Source: Deltaproteobacteria bacterium (GTDB lineage: Bacteria; Myxococcota_A; UBA9042; PHBI01). From it: a stretch of 61,029 nucleotides of DNA. The stretch is taken from contig SBGO01000027.1 of the NCBI GenBank assembly GCA_006226565.1, positions 1 to 61,029 of the forward strand, in the 5' to 3' direction. A program made the position numbers and the translations under genes. The notes below the pieces were generated by a model. It was not told where the DNA came from. It did no database searches and was given only the letters and a program-made list of their open reading frames with translations. Below are positions 49,198-58,179 of the stretch, piece by piece; the first letter of the stretch is position 1; every line of letters begins with the position of its first letter.

Positions 49198-51069
49198 TCA
49201 GCGGACCCAGATCCGTCCCCACTCGCCGAGCTGCGTGCCGAGGCCGACGGTCGAGTAGTCCTGGCCGCAGTGCGGCTCGGCGGTGCGGACGATGTAGCGG
49301 TTCACGCCGCCGCCGAAGCCGTGCCACTCGGCGTAGTTCTGGTAGTAGGTCAGGTTCGAGGGCTTGGCGACGTTGTCCGACGGGTCGTAGGTCTCCGTCA
49401 CCGACCCGCTGATGTCCTCGAGGTTGGTGTGGCCCGCGGTGGGCAGGGTGCGGAAGCGGTACACCGTGACGCCGTTGCTGGCGTGGCACTGGAGGCGCAT
49501 CGCCTGGTACGGCGGCACGTCGGTCTGCGTCCAGGGATAGACGAACGCGCCGAGCGTCGCGTACTGGGCCGGCACCGAGTAGCTCGGGTACCAGCCGCTC
49601 GCCATCAGGGTCCACCCGCCGCCGTCGGTCGTCATGTCGCAGTACACGTCGCGCGGCGGGTACGGGCCCGCGCCGTCGGTGTCGATGGTGTACACGCCGT
49701 CGCCGGTGAGGCCCTGGTACGCGTAGCTCGGCGCGGTCGGGTGGAGGTAGGCGTCGCAGCTCGGGGCGTAGGTGCCGTCGTACCAGCTCCGCCCGGTCCC
49801 GTTGGCCACGACACCGAACACGAAGGGCGCCGCCGGGATGCTCGGCCCGAAGTGGTAGGTGAAGCCCTCTTCGGCGCCGCCGGTGGCCGTGTAGACGGTC
49901 GTCACGGCGGCCGTCGCGCTCCCGAACGTGAGCTTCTCGGAGCCGCAGGTCCCGAGGTCGGCGTCCCAGCGCACCACCGGGTAGACCGCCCCGGCGGCGA
50001 TCTGGCCGCCGTCGACGTTGTCGCTGGTGTTGGCCGAGTCGTCGGCGGTGGCGCGCGTCCGGAGCCGGCAGCTCCCGATGTCGCCGGTCACGCCGAGCGC
50101 CACGTTCCAGTACACCTTCTGGGCGTCGACGCCGCCGCTGGTCAGCTGCTCCTCGCCGCGGAAGACGGCCACCTGGTAGAGGTAGGTGTCGGCGTCGACG
50201 GCGTTGACCCCGACGGCCGCGCAGCCCGTGACCGCGCCCGCCGGGCAGAGGTTGCCGGGCCCGCCGGCCGGGTCGAGGGTCAGGTCGGCCGCGAAGTCGA
50301 CCCCGCTGTTCGGGGCGGTGCAGTCGAGCTCGAGCGCGTCCATGTAGAGCTCGGTGACGACGTCGGCGGCCGTCCCCGCGGTGCACGCGAAGCCGAGCAC
50401 CAGCGTCCGGGCGCGGGCGCCGGTGGCGTCGAAGAGCAGCTTGATGTCCTCGGCCGGCGTGCAGCCGTTGGCGTCGGCGTCGTCGCAGCAGTCGAGCTTG
50501 GCCGAGCAGTAGATGTCGTCGAAGTTGAGCGCGATGTCGAAGAAGCCCTGCTGGGCGGGGCGCATCAGCGTCACGTCGAACTGCACGGCGGCGTCGACGT
50601 TGGGCGCGCAGGTCACGACCTGCGTGAGCGGCCCGGTCACGGGCACGGTCGGGTTCTGGAAGTCGACCGCCGTCCCGGTCACCGCCCCCGCCCCGGTCGC
50701 GGCGCCCGAGGCGAAGGTGCCGGCGTCCGCCGCGAGGATGTCGCCGTCGTACACGCCGACCACCCAGACCTTCACCGTGTTCTCGCTCACCGCCGGGTCG
50801 GCGTCGCACGGGCCGACGTAGCTCGCCGAGCCCGCGCTGTCGCCGTGGGTGCTCGAGGTGACGCGCCGCTGCCACACGACCGCGCCGTCGCCGTTGTCGA
50901 CCTCGAGGTCCCAGACGACGTCGCCCACCCCCACGAGGTTCAGGGCCGCGACGTCGATCTGCACGCCGGGGCCGTCGAAGCCTCGGCCGGAGACCGGCGC
51001 GTCGCCTTCCGCAGCGCACGCCCAGAGACCTGCACACAGGGCGAGCGCGACCAGAGCACGCGATTGCAT
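49198..51069 (-). CDS. Modular lipoprotein, paralog 2: conserved Cys-rich N-domain + one fibrinogen-like (YCDMTTDGGGWTL) domain
   Basis: ATG 51069 with GAGGT RBS; LWAC lipobox; GDSAGSASYVGPCDA, QQGFFDIALNFDDIYCSAKLDC; ends GRIWVR. Confidence 0.85.
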   Translation of the reverse strand: MQSRALVALALCAGLWACAAEGDAPVSGRGFDGPGVQIDVAALNLVGVGDVVWDLEVDNGDGAVVWQRRVTSSTHGDSAGSASYVGPCDADPAVSENTVKVWVVGVYDGDILAADAGTFASGAATGAGAVTGTAVDFQNPTVPVTGPLTQVVTCAPNVDAAVQFDVTLMRPAQQGFFDIALNFDDIYCSAKLDCCDDADANGCTPAEDIKLLFDATGARARTLVLGFACTAGTAADVVTELYMDALELDCTAPNSGVDFAADLTLDPAGGPGNLCPAGAVTGCAAVGVNAVDADTYLYQVAVFRGEEQLTSGGVDAQKVYWNVALGVTGDIGSCRLRTRATADDSANTSDNVDGGQIAAGAVYPVVRWDADLGTCGSEKLTFGSATAAVTTVYTATGGAEEGFTYHFGPSIPAAPFVFGVVANGTGRSWYDGTYAPSCDAYLHPTAPSYAYQGLTGDGVYTIDTDGAGPYPPRDVYCDMTTDGGGWTLMASGWYPSYSVPAQYATLGAFVYPWTQTDVPPYQAMRLQCHASNGVTVYRFRTLPTAGHTNLEDISGSVTETYDPSDNVAKPSNLTYYQNYAEWHGFGGGVNRYIVRTAEPHCGQDYSTVGLGTQLGEWGRIWVR

Positions 51070-51284
51070 GATCAGACCTCGTGGGGGGACGGGAGCAGCT
51101 GTCTGGAGTGGATGGTGGCTACCGCGGCCCGGCATCACCTTGCGGAAAACGCTAGCATCTTCGGTGCTGCGGAGGAAGTGTGCGCCGCACACGCGTGCAA
51201 CGCGCGCCGCGACGAGGGCCCGCCGCGAGTCGACGGGACCGAGGTGCATGCGGCGGGTTTCGGCGGTATCGTCCGCGGGACGCC

Positions 51285-53537
51285 ATGCCCGCCAAGCCCC
51301 CAGCCGACGCGAACCCCTACCCCCACGCCCGCGGGGATGGCTCGGCCTATGACCGCTACCTGGCCGGGATGGACGCGTCGATGCGGCAGAAGGTGGCGCT
51401 GACGGTCGCGCACCTCCTCGGCGTGGGCGATCTCGCCGACATGGGGATGGGCTCCGGGACGGGCAGCTTCGCGCTGGCCTCGCTCTACCCGGGGCTCTCG
51501 GTGGTCGGCGTCGACGTCGACCCCGGGATGGTCTCCCGCGCGGCCGAGCGCTACGTCCTGCCGAACCTCCGCTTCATCGTCGGCGACATCGCCGAGCCCT
51601 GCTTCCCCGCCGGCTCGGTCGAGGCCATCCTCGACTCCTCGGTCCTCCACCACGTCACGACCTTCAGCGGCTACGATCGCGCCGCCGCCGTGCGGGCGCT
51701 GGCCGTTCAGGCCGATCAGCTCGCGGATCACGGCGTCCTCGTCGTGCGCGACTTCCTCGACCCCGGGCCGGGGCGGGTCTGGCTCGACCTCCCCGGCGAC
51801 GACGGCGACGGCTCGGACGACCCGCGCCGCTGCTCCACCGCCGCTCTCTTCGAGCGCTTCGCCGGCGAGTTCCGGGCCGCCCGCGAGCCCGCCGCCCGCG
51901 GCTTCGCGATGGCGCCGGTCGCCCCGGGCGCCGACGACCCGCCGCTGCCCGCCGGCTGGCGCCGCTACGCCTGCGAGCGCGTCCACGCCGTCGAGTTCGT
52001 GCTGCGCAAGGACTACCGTCACGACTGGGAGCTGGAGGTCCTCGAGGAGTACACCTACCTGACCCAGCCGCAGTTCGAGACGACCTTCGCGGCGCTGGGC
52101 CTCCGGGTCCTCGCCTCGACCCCCATCCGCAACCCGTGGATCGTCCAGCACCGCTTCGCCGGTCGCTTCGTCCTGCGCGACGAGGGCGAGCATGCGCCGC
52201 TGGACTGGCCCGCGACCAACTACGTCATCGTCGGGCAGCGGGTCGGGCCGACGCGCGGCGTGGGGTTTCGCGAGGAGCCCACCGCCGAGGCCCCCCGGGA
52301 CCTCGCGCTGAGCCACTGGCGCCGGCTCGACAGCGGCGTGGTCTACGACGTCGTCCGCCGCCCCGGGCGCACCGTGGACGTCGTGCCGTGGTTCGTCGCC
52401 GACGGCGCCCTCTACGTGCTCGCGCGCCTCGGTCACCCGCGCCCCATCCTGGCGAGCGCGCGCGCGGCCGGCGGGACCCTCGACGGCAGCGCCCCCGTCA
52501 CCTGGGTGCACGAGGCGCTGACCGTGCGCCAGACCGACAAGCCCCTGGGCCAGACCGTCGAGGAGCGGCTCACCGCGCTCGCCGGCCTCGGCCCCGACGC
52601 GCTCCTCCGCTTCGACCGGGGCCCGGTCTACTACCCCTCGCCCGGCGGCGTGCAGGAGGAGGTCCGCGCGGTCTTCGTCGAGGTCGCGCCCACCGCCGTC
52701 GCCGCCGCCGAGCCGGGCCCGAGCGGGCTGAGCGACGCCGGCCCGCTCCGCGCCATCGAGGTCCGCCAGGTGCTGCGCGCCGCCCAGGTGGGCGGCCTCC
52801 CCGACGCACGGCTCGAGCTCAACGTCTACGCCATCCTGCTCAAAGGCGGGCGCGACGTCGGCGCCTGGATCGGGGCCGAGATCGACGTCCCCGAGGCCGC
52901 GCCCCCCGCCGACCGGACCACGATGGCCGCGCTGGCCGAGCGTCCGCGTCGGCGCCGCTTCCGTTCCGCGCCGGCCGAGGCGTCGAGCGGCTTCCTCTCG
53001 GTCACCCGCGCGCGCTTCGTCGAGCAGGCCGCGGACGGCGCCGCCGTGGGCGAGCGCACCCTCGAGTACGTGCTCCCGACGCGCTTCTCCGCGGTCACCG
53101 TGACGGTGGCGTGCCTGCGCCGCGCGGAGGGGCAGGTCTGGCTCGGGCTCGACGACGACGACCTGCCGGCGTCGCAGTGCTTCGACGGCCACAGCGAGCT
53201 GCTCGTGACCCCCGCCTGGCGCCTCCCGCGCGCGGTGGTCGGCCCCCGGGCGGCCGAGGCCTTCGTCCGGGCGCGGCTCGCGGCCGAGTACGGCGTCAGG
53301 GGGGGGCCCCTGACCGAGCTCGGCGGGCGCTACCATCCCTCGCCGGCCGTCACGCCGGAGGTGGTCCACCCCTTCGCCCTCGCGGTCACCGCCGAGACGC
53401 CGGCGGCGCGCGCGCTCCGCTGGGTGCGGCTCGAGGACGCCGTGACCCAGCGCGACCGGCTCGTCGACGGCCACCTCCGGGTGGTCGCCCTCCGCGCCGC
53501 CCACGCGCTCGGCCTCCTCGCCTCGGCGCCCGCGTAG
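51285..53537 (+). CDS. Class I SAM-dependent methyltransferase fused to two degenerate Nudix-like domains
   Basis: ADMGMGSG, VVGVDVD, FIVGD, SSVLHHV; later YYPSPGGVQEEV and YHPSPAVTPEVVH NudF-like segments lacking a canonical Nudix box. Confidence 0.7.
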   Translation: MPAKPPADANPYPHARGDGSAYDRYLAGMDASMRQKVALTVAHLLGVGDLADMGMGSGTGSFALASLYPGLSVVGVDVDPGMVSRAAERYVLPNLRFIVGDIAEPCFPAGSVEAILDSSVLHHVTTFSGYDRAAAVRALAVQADQLADHGVLVVRDFLDPGPGRVWLDLPGDDGDGSDDPRRCSTAALFERFAGEFRAAREPAARGFAMAPVAPGADDPPLPAGWRRYACERVHAVEFVLRKDYRHDWELEVLEEYTYLTQPQFETTFAALGLRVLASTPIRNPWIVQHRFAGRFVLRDEGEHAPLDWPATNYVIVGQRVGPTRGVGFREEPTAEAPRDLALSHWRRLDSGVVYDVVRRPGRTVDVVPWFVADGALYVLARLGHPRPILASARAAGGTLDGSAPVTWVHEALTVRQTDKPLGQTVEERLTALAGLGPDALLRFDRGPVYYPSPGGVQEEVRAVFVEVAPTAVAAAEPGPSGLSDAGPLRAIEVRQVLRAAQVGGLPDARLELNVYAILLKGGRDVGAWIGAEIDVPEAAPPADRTTMAALAERPRRRRFRSAPAEASSGFLSVTRARFVEQAADGAAVGERTLEYVLPTRFSAVTVTVACLRRAEGQVWLGLDDDDLPASQCFDGHSELLVTPAWRLPRAVVGPRAAEAFVRARLAAEYGVRGGPLTELGGRYHPSPAVTPEVVHPFALAVTAETPAARALRWVRLEDAVTQRDRLVDGHLRVVALRAAHALGLLASAPA

Positions 53538-53651
53538 GGCGTCGCCTCCCCCGCGAGCGGGTCCCGACCATTTCGTCTTGCGGCGCAACATGGTAACGCA
53601 CAGGGTGCTCGGCGCGTCGCCCCCCGCGTCGGTTGGAGTGGTGCTCCCCCC

Positions 53652-55559
53652 ATGCATCTGCGACCGCATACGGCCCTGGTGGCCCTCGCTCTATTCGCGG
53701 GACCCGGTGCCTGCCTCGACCACGCCGCCGGCCCGCCGGGGCACGGCGCGCGGGTCGCGGTCGACGTCGCTGCGCTCGATCTCCAGGGCGTGGGAGACGT
53801 GGTCTGGGACGTCGAGGTGGTCAACGGCGCCGCCACGCCGGAGGTGGTCTGGCAGCGGCGGCTGACGTCGTCCGGATACGGCGACGGGGCGGGCTCGGCG
53901 AGCTACGTCGGGCCGTGCGACGCCGACGCGGCCGACAACACCGTTCGCGTCTGGGTCGTCGGCATCTACTCCGCCGCGGTGAGCGACGCCGGCGCGTTCG
54001 CCGCGGGCTCGGACACCGGGCTCGGCGCCGTCGTCGGCGATCCGCTCGCCTTCCAGAACCCGACCGCCAGCGGCCCGCTCGAGCGCACGATCACCTGCCG
54101 GGCCGACGCCGACACCGAGGTGCAGCTCGACGTCTCGCTCCTGCGCCCGGCGCAGCAGGGCTTCTTCGACATCACCGTGAGCTTCGGAGACGTCTTCTGC
54201 TCCGCCAAGCTCGACTGTGAGGACGACGCGGGGGGCGACCTCGAGCTCCTCCACAACCTCGACACCGGGACCCGTGAGATGACCGCGGTCCTGGGCTTCG
54301 CCTGCACGAGCGACGTCGCCGGCCCGACCTACCTCTACATGGACGACGCCCGCATCGACTGCACGGGCTTCCCCACCGCGCCGATCCTCGTCGACGCGGC
54401 GTCGAGCGGCCGCGTGGATCTCGCCGGCCCGTTCAGCGCCAACGCCGACGGCTACCTCTTCGCCGCGGCGGTGTATCGCGGCGTCGAGCAGCTGGGCTCC
54501 AAGGCGTACTGGAACCTGAGCCTCGGGCTCGACCAGACGCGCTTCGCCGCCGCCGGCGACTGCGTCTTCACCACCCGCGCCACGGTCGTGTCCGCGCCGC
54601 TCGACGTCGGCCCGGCGGGGTTCGAGCTGCCGGCGGACCAGGTCTACCCCGTCATCGACTGGGTCGTGCCCCTGTCCGACGCCGGCGGCCGCGTCTGCAC
54701 CCGCCACCAGGTCGACCAGCCCGACAGCGGCGTCTACACGACCTACGTCGGCTACCTCAGCGCGCCGAACCAGTTCACCTGGGCCGCCGCGCCCGTCGCC
54801 TTCCCCATCCAGTTCGACCGCTCGGGCCCGTCGACGGCCCGCGCGTGCGTCCCCGAGTGCAGCCACGGCGGCGTCTGCGCCGATGGCCTCTGCGAGTGCC
54901 CCTCGGGCTGGGAGGGCCCGGCCTGCGAGACCCAGGTCATCCTCGCCTCCTGCGAGGACTACCGCGGGACCCCGCACGACGTCGGGGACGGCGACTACCT
55001 CGTCGATCCCGACGGCGACGCCGGCGCGGACCCGCCGTTCACCGTGTACTGCGTCATGTCGACCGTGCCGGCGGGCGACTTCCTGACGCTCCCGACCCAG
55101 GGCAGCAACAAGAACTTCAGCCGCCGCGACGGGGCCGCCTCGCCCACGGGCTGCGGCACGGTCAGCGGCGGCGACCCAGGCGGCGCCTACAGCTACTACG
55201 AGAAGCTCCGCATCAACCCCGCGACCCGCGTCATCACGACCTCCGACCGGACCTTCGCGACCCAGATCGGCCAGGTGAGGTTCAAGCTGTGCGCCACCGG
55301 CGCGCTGTCGTGGAACACCTGGCTCAACTACGGCGTCGCCTGGGACAGCTACGACAGCGGCTCCCACCGGGGCACCGCGAACATCGACCTGACCGGGACC
55401 CCGTTCATCGTCTCGACGGCGTCGACCTTCATCAACAGCGGCTACCTCCCCGCCGGCACGACCTCGATCTCCGGCGACCGCAAGATCGTCAACCTGACCG
55501 GCGGCGGCCACAGCGGGCAGAGATACGCGAGCTACCTCAAGCTCGACTTCGCGCCCTGA
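53652..55559 (+). CDS. Modular exported protein, paralog 3: conserved Cys-rich N-domain + EGF-like + GON-like domain
   Basis: GPGAC lipobox-like; GDGAGSASYVGPCDA, QQGFFDITVSFGDVFCSAKLDC; CSHGGVCADGLCECPSGWEGPAC; KLRINPAT..DRTFA..ANIDLTGTPF..VNLTGGG. Confidence 0.82.
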   Translation: MHLRPHTALVALALFAGPGACLDHAAGPPGHGARVAVDVAALDLQGVGDVVWDVEVVNGAATPEVVWQRRLTSSGYGDGAGSASYVGPCDADAADNTVRVWVVGIYSAAVSDAGAFAAGSDTGLGAVVGDPLAFQNPTASGPLERTITCRADADTEVQLDVSLLRPAQQGFFDITVSFGDVFCSAKLDCEDDAGGDLELLHNLDTGTREMTAVLGFACTSDVAGPTYLYMDDARIDCTGFPTAPILVDAASSGRVDLAGPFSANADGYLFAAAVYRGVEQLGSKAYWNLSLGLDQTRFAAAGDCVFTTRATVVSAPLDVGPAGFELPADQVYPVIDWVVPLSDAGGRVCTRHQVDQPDSGVYTTYVGYLSAPNQFTWAAAPVAFPIQFDRSGPSTARACVPECSHGGVCADGLCECPSGWEGPACETQVILASCEDYRGTPHDVGDGDYLVDPDGDAGADPPFTVYCVMSTVPAGDFLTLPTQGSNKNFSRRDGAASPTGCGTVSGGDPGGAYSYYEKLRINPATRVITTSDRTFATQIGQVRFKLCATGALSWNTWLNYGVAWDSYDSGSHRGTANIDLTGTPFIVSTASTFINSGYLPAGTTSISGDRKIVNLTGGGHSGQRYASYLKLDFAP

Positions 55560-55596
55560 GCGCCTCCGGGGGGACCTGGCGGCCGGCCCGCGGCGG

Positions 55597-56730
55597 CTAC
55601 TGCGTCGCGCGGCGGAGGCTCGCGGCCAGGGTCCCGACGGCGGCGAAGGGCATGATGGCGACGAGGCCCGGGGCCGCGCCGACGAGGACGAGGCCGAAGC
55701 AGATGAGGATGAAGACGTCGCGCCGGAGCGAGGCGTGCAGCATCCGGTACCAGAGCGGCCGCGGCTTGGCGGTGTCCCAGAAGGTCGCCTTGAAGCCGGT
55801 GCCGGTCTCGCGCAGGACCTTGCGGAACTGGATGATGGTGATGCCGACGTAGCCGACGGCGGTCACGGCGCCGAACCAGAGGGGCCAGGCGGTGTCGAGG
55901 GAGCGGTGGACGCCGATCGACAGGCCCACGAAGAAGAGCATGTTGGAGACGTCGTCGACGACCGAGTCGAGGAGCGCCCCGTGCTTGCCGAAGTTCTTCG
56001 TGAGGCGCGCGATCTCGCCGTCGCAGCCGTCGAGGATCGAGTGCATCTGGTAGAGGAACGCGCCGAGCACCTGGTAGCCCCACAGCGGCGAGGCGGCGAA
56101 CCAGCCGCCGGCGAGGCCGAAGAGGGCGACCACGACCGTCATCATGCTCGGGGTCACGCCGAAGGGCACGACGCGCGCGGTGACCCAGGTCGAGACCTTG
56201 CGGTTGATGTGGCGCGAGGCCGGGCCGTCCTGGGGCTTGGTGAGGCCGCGCAGGAGGTTGCGCTGGGCGAGCCGGCGGGTGAGGTCGTCCTTCGGCACGA
56301 AGGCGTAGAGGCGCGTGTCCTCCTCGAAGGGGTGCGCGCGGCCGCGGGAGAGGGCGGGGAGCGCCGGCTGCCCGGACGGGACGTGGAGGAGCCCCGCGAC
56401 CGGCACGCCGTCGTCGTCGGTGACGACCTCGCCGGGGTGGAGGCGCTTGAGGAGCTCGGGCGAGACGAGGGCGTCGGCGCGGATCACGAGCGAGGTGCCG
56501 GCGGGCGCCTCGTCGCGGATCGCGATCCCGCGCGCCCGCGCCTGGTCGGCGACGGCGGCGGCGCTGCCCTCGAAGACGATCGCGGTGGCGCCGGCGTCGA
56601 GCGCGGCGTACGCGGCGCGGAGGCCGAGGGACATCCCGAGGAGCGGGGCGCGGACGGCGTCCTCGGCGGCGTCGGACACGATGCGCGCGACCTGCGTCCG
56701 GGACTCTCCGCTCATGGGCTGGCGTACCAT
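55597..56730 (-). CDS. CDP-alcohol phosphatidyltransferase family protein with N-terminal extension
   Basis: TPSMMT, DGCDGEIAR..K.G..GALLDSVVDD signature; AGGAGGT RBS before ATG 56730. Confidence 0.85.
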   Translation of the reverse strand: MVRQPMSGESRTQVARIVSDAAEDAVRAPLLGMSLGLRAAYAALDAGATAIVFEGSAAAVADQARARGIAIRDEAPAGTSLVIRADALVSPELLKRLHPGEVVTDDDGVPVAGLLHVPSGQPALPALSRGRAHPFEEDTRLYAFVPKDDLTRRLAQRNLLRGLTKPQDGPASRHINRKVSTWVTARVVPFGVTPSMMTVVVALFGLAGGWFAASPLWGYQVLGAFLYQMHSILDGCDGEIARLTKNFGKHGALLDSVVDDVSNMLFFVGLSIGVHRSLDTAWPLWFGAVTAVGYVGITIIQFRKVLRETGTGFKATFWDTAKPRPLWYRMLHASLRRDVFILICFGLVLVGAAPGLVAIMPFAAVGTLAASLRRATQ

Positions 56731-56900
56731 CAGACCTCCTCGCGTCGGCGCGTTTAACAAGAACGGAGGCGGTTCGACCAGCGTTGATTGTGGGGTGCGA
56801 CGCGAGCGCACCCGCCACGCCCGCGGGCCGGAACGAGCCGCGGGCGATCCGCGAGGCGCGGTCGCGGGCCCCGGGATCGCGGGGCCCGCTCGTCCGCTGC

Positions 56901-58001
56901 TCAGCCGGCGCCGAGCGCGACCAGCTCCTCGTAGGTCGCGCGGACCTTGCGCGCGTACCGCATGAGCGCCGGGAGCTGAGGCAGCAGCAGCGCCTGCGGG
57001 CCGTCGCAGAGGGCGACCTCGGGGTGCGGGTGGAAGTCGACGAGGACCATCGTCGCGCCGGCGATGAGCCCCTGCCCGACGGCGTGGAAGACGTCCGGCA
57101 GCCCGTCGGGCGCCACGTACGGGCGGCCCACGCTGTGGGACGGGTCGATGCAGACCGACAGGCGCGTCTGGCGCAGCACCACCGGGACGTGGCCGAAGTC
57201 CACGAGGTTCCGGTGCGGCTCGCCGAGGTGGGTCTTCACCCCGCGGAGGCAGAAGACGATGTTCGGGTTGCCGTGGCTGGCGACGTACTCCGCGGCGTTG
57301 AAGGACTCCTCGAGGCTGATGCCCATGCCGCGCTTGAAGAGGACCGGGAAGCGCGCCTGCTGCCCGACGGCCTTGAGGAGCTCGAAGTTCTGGGCGTTGC
57401 GGGTGCCGATCTGCAGCATCACGCCTGTGGGATCGCCCGCGCGCTCGAGGGCCTCGACGATCTCCTCGACGTGCCGGGCGTGGGTCACCTCCATGGCGAC
57501 GACCTTGATCCCGTGCCGCCCCGCGAGCTCGAAGACCCAGGGCAGGCAGGCCGCGCCGAGCCCCTGGAAGTCGTACGGGCTCGTCCGTGGCTTGTACGCC
57601 CCCATCCGCGTCGTCACCACGCCCTCGGCCGCCAGCGCGCGCATCATCGCGTCGATGTGCTCGCGCGTGTCGACGGCGCACAGCCCGGCGAAGACGTGCA
57701 GCGTGTCGCGCCCGAAGTGGACGCCGTTGTAGTCGAAGGTGAAGGCCTCGTCGTCCGGGCGGTGGCGCCCGATGAGGCGGTACTTCGTCGACACCCGGAC
57801 GACCCGCCGGACGCTCGCGAGGCTCTCGAAGTCGTCGGTCGGCACGGCGTGGGTGTCCCCGACGAGGTGGAGCTCCGTGATGCGCTCGCGCTCGCCGTCG
57901 AAGCGGTGGAGCTGCGGCCGCACCCCGGGGTAGCGCTCGGCCTGACGCACCACCGACGCCACGGTCGCGTCGTCGACGCCCGGCTCGAAGGTCACGATCA
58001 T
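56901..58001 (-). CDS. aroF: 3-deoxy-7-phosphoheptulonate (DAHP) synthase, type I-beta, with N-terminal ACT/ferredoxin-like domain
   Basis: FAGLCAVD, GAYKPRTSPYDFQG, QIGTRNAQNF, VLFKRG, DPSH, ALCDGPQAL; ATG 58001. Confidence 0.85.
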   Translation of the reverse strand: MIVTFEPGVDDATVASVVRQAERYPGVRPQLHRFDGERERITELHLVGDTHAVPTDDFESLASVRRVVRVSTKYRLIGRHRPDDEAFTFDYNGVHFGRDTLHVFAGLCAVDTREHIDAMMRALAAEGVVTTRMGAYKPRTSPYDFQGLGAACLPWVFELAGRHGIKVVAMEVTHARHVEEIVEALERAGDPTGVMLQIGTRNAQNFELLKAVGQQARFPVLFKRGMGISLEESFNAAEYVASHGNPNIVFCLRGVKTHLGEPHRNLVDFGHVPVVLRQTRLSVCIDPSHSVGRPYVAPDGLPDVFHAVGQGLIAGATMVLVDFHPHPEVALCDGPQALLLPQLPALMRYARKVRATYEELVALGAG

Positions 58002-58179
58002 CGCATCACCTGCCTGTACGGAGAGCCCCAGGGTACACCCAATCCCGGGCGTCGACATGGGGTGCCCTGGTTCGACGTCCGCCCCGGCGCGCCAGACCGT
58101 CGTCGAGCAGCGCGTCCAGCCGACGCTGGCACGCGGCGGCCGCGACGATGTCCCCGCCATCGTGGTCCGGGGCGCGCTG

